This document shows, piece by piece, positions 61,742-64,000 of a stretch of 64,000 nt of DNA. Position 1 is the stretch's first letter. Each line of letters opens with the position of its first letter. The notes under the pieces are model-generated. The model was not told the DNA's origin. It worked only from the letters and a program-made list of their open reading frames with translations, and did no database searches. This DNA is from an uncultured delta proteobacterium. Lineage in GTDB: Bacteria > Myxococcota_A > Polyangia > Polyangiales > Polyangiaceae. Location of the stretch: contig CAWJCS010000002.1 of NCBI GenBank assembly GCA_963841435.1, forward strand, positions 864,001 through 928,000, written 5' to 3'. Position numbers and translations under genes: made by a program.

Positions 61742-63839
61742 ATGTCGCGTCGCTTGCTGGTCACGTCCGCGCTGCCCTACGCGAACGGTCCCATTCATCT
61801 CGGGCACATGCTCGAGCACGTGCAGACCAACATCTGGGTGCGCTTCCAGCGCCTGCGCGGGCGGCGCGTCGCCTACCTGTGCGCCGACGACACGCACGGG
61901 ACCGCCATCATGGTCCGAGCGCGCAAGGAGGGTCGCAAGGAGGAAGAGATCATCCGCGACAGCAGCCTCGACCACCAGCGCGACTTCAACGGCTTCGACG
62001 TGCGCTTCGATCACTACGGCAGCACCCATTCGCCGCAAAATCGCGCGCTCTGCGCCGAAATTTGGGCGGCGCTCCGGGGCAAGGGGCTCGTCGTCGAAAA
62101 GGAGGTCGTCCAGCTCTTCGACCCCGAGGCCGGTGTGTTCCTCGCCGACCGCTTCGTCAAGGGAACCTGCCCACGCTGTGGCACGAAGGACCAGTACGGC
62201 GACTCCTGCGAAAGCTGCGGCAGCACCTACACCCCTGCGGATCTCAAAGATCCGGTGAGCACACTGAGCGGCGCGCGTCCCGAGCTCAGGAGCGCCCAGC
62301 ACCACTTCGTGCAGATCGAGAGCCTGCACACGTTCCTCGCGGAGTTCATCGCGAAGCCGGGCCGGCTCCAGCCCGAGATCGCGAACTACCTCACGGGCTT
62401 CTTCCTCGCCGAGCCGCTGCGCGACTGGGACGTGTCGCGTCCGGCGCCGTACTTCGGCTTCGAGATCCCCGATGCGCCGGGGCACTACTGGTACGTGTGG
62501 TTCGACGCGCCGATCGGCTACATGGCTGCGACGGCCGAGTGGTGCGAAAAGGGAGGCGAGGCCTTCACCGACTGGTGGTGCTCGCCCGACACCGAGATCG
62601 TTCACTTCATCGGCAAGGACATCACCTACTTTCACACGCTGTTCTGGCCGGCGATGCTGAAGAGCGCCGATTTCCAGCTGCCCGCGCGCGTCCAGGTGCA
62701 CGGATTTTTGACGATCAACGGCGAGAAGATGAGCAAATCGCGGGGCACGTTTCTGCTCGCCTCGACCTACCTCGAGCACCTCGACGCGGAGTACCTGCGC
62801 TACTACTTCGCGAGCAAGCTCACGAGCGGCGTCGATGATCTCGACCTCGACCTTTCGGAGTTCGTCTCGCGCGTCAACTCGGACCTCGTGGGCAAGGTGG
62901 TGAACCTCGCGAGCCGCACGGCGCGCTTCGTCGAAACGCTGGGTCTCTCGCCCGCGTACCCGGACGACGGCGGCCTGTTTGCCCAGGCCGAAAGCGCCGG
63001 CGCGGAAATCGCGCTGGCGTACGAAGCGTGCGACTACGCCCGCGCCATGCGCATCGTGATGAGCCTCGCCGATCGTGCCAACGAGTACGTCGACCGCTCC
63101 GAGCCATGGAAGCTCGCCAAGCAGCCCGACCAGGCCGAGCGCCTGCGTGACGTGTGCACGGTGACCTTGAACCTTTACCGGCAGATCGCGCTCTATCTTT
63201 CGCCCGTGCTCCCCAAGCTCGCCGCCAAGAGCGCGGAGCTCTTGCGCGCGCCGTTTTCCGACTGGAGCGAAGCCGGGACCCCGATCGTCGGCGCCGCCAT
63301 CGGCCGCTTTTCGCACCTGATGCAGCGTGTGGATCCGAAGAAGGTCGAACGCCGTGCTCGCGGCGCACGCGCCGGCAGATGCCGCGGCGCCCCTCGCGGC
63401 CACCGCGCCGAAGAGCCCCGCCGGCGCAGCGCTCGAAGCCGGCACACCCGGCGACGGCGCGGCACCGCCCGACGACGACGGCGCCGCGCTCACCGCGGAG
63501 CCGCTCGTCGCCGAGTGCAGCATCGACGATTTTTCGAAGATCGACCTGCGCGTGGCGCGCGTCCTCGCTGCCGAGGACGTGGCCGGCGCGAAGAAGCTCT
63601 TGAAGCTGACGCTGGGCCTCGGCGGCGGGGTGACGCGGCAGGTCTTCGCGGGCATCAAGAGCGCCTACTCGCCTGCCGAGCTCGTGGGGCGCCTCGTCGT
63701 TTGCGTCGCGAACCTCGCGCCGCGACAGATGAAGTTCGGCACGAGCGAGGGCATGGTGATCGCCGCCGGTCCCGGCGAAAAGGACATCTTTTTGCTCTCG
63801 CCCGACTCGGGTGCGAAGCCGGGCCAGCGCGTTCGCTAG
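61742..63839 (+). CDS. metG: Methionine--tRNA ligase (apparent +1 frameshift at ~63348 before the C-terminal tRNA-binding domain)
   Basis: The main frame is missing from the ORF track, so I read it by hand from ATG 61742: [36 protein letters not shown]. The OB domain (DLRVA...NLAPR...SEGM) is in ORF 63327-63839. Confidence 0.96.
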
Positions 63840-64000
63840 AGCTTCTCCCCCCTCACGCGTTTCGCGCGTGGCCGGATCCGCGCGCCGTGATCCTCGCGAT
63901 CACGAGCTTGCGTCGGGGAGCGCGTGCGCCGATCACGAATGCGCCCTCGGCGCGCGGAACCGCGGCATCGACGAGCCGGCGCTTCGAAGCGTGGAGCATC

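Noticed and set aside
63340-63360. Programmed frameshift splitting the MetG C-terminal domain
   Set aside because: Same GAACG insertion signature as other apparent errors, and no slippery sequence.

Overview
A high-GC, gene-dense window of core chromosome. Gene content (four eukaryotic-like Ser/Thr kinase genes, PilZ/TIGR02266-like proteins, multi-domain DsbA, Gly/Cys-rich lipoproteins) suggests Myxococcota, probably Polyangiales; this is an inference. It holds a complete alternative complex III + caa3 oxidase operon (19544-32937), an RpoD-like alternative sigma-70, rpmI-rplT-pheS, pyrG, carB, metG, dacB, a lytic transglycosylase, a MATE transporter, a GH95 glycosidase, an aminotransferase and heme o synthase. 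I saw no tRNA, rRNA, CRISPR array or mobile element. Six +1 frameshifts, one inside metG, look like sequencing errors. Best candidate for an undescribed system: a small secreted two-Cys leader ORF ending in RPPRG, then a structured spacer with an intrinsic-terminator-like hairpin, directly upstream of a DsbA operon. It could be a ribosome-arrest or attenuation sensor of disulfide formation. Second: the sigma factor naturally has His at the sigma70 Q437 position, and nearby candidate promoters have C at -12.
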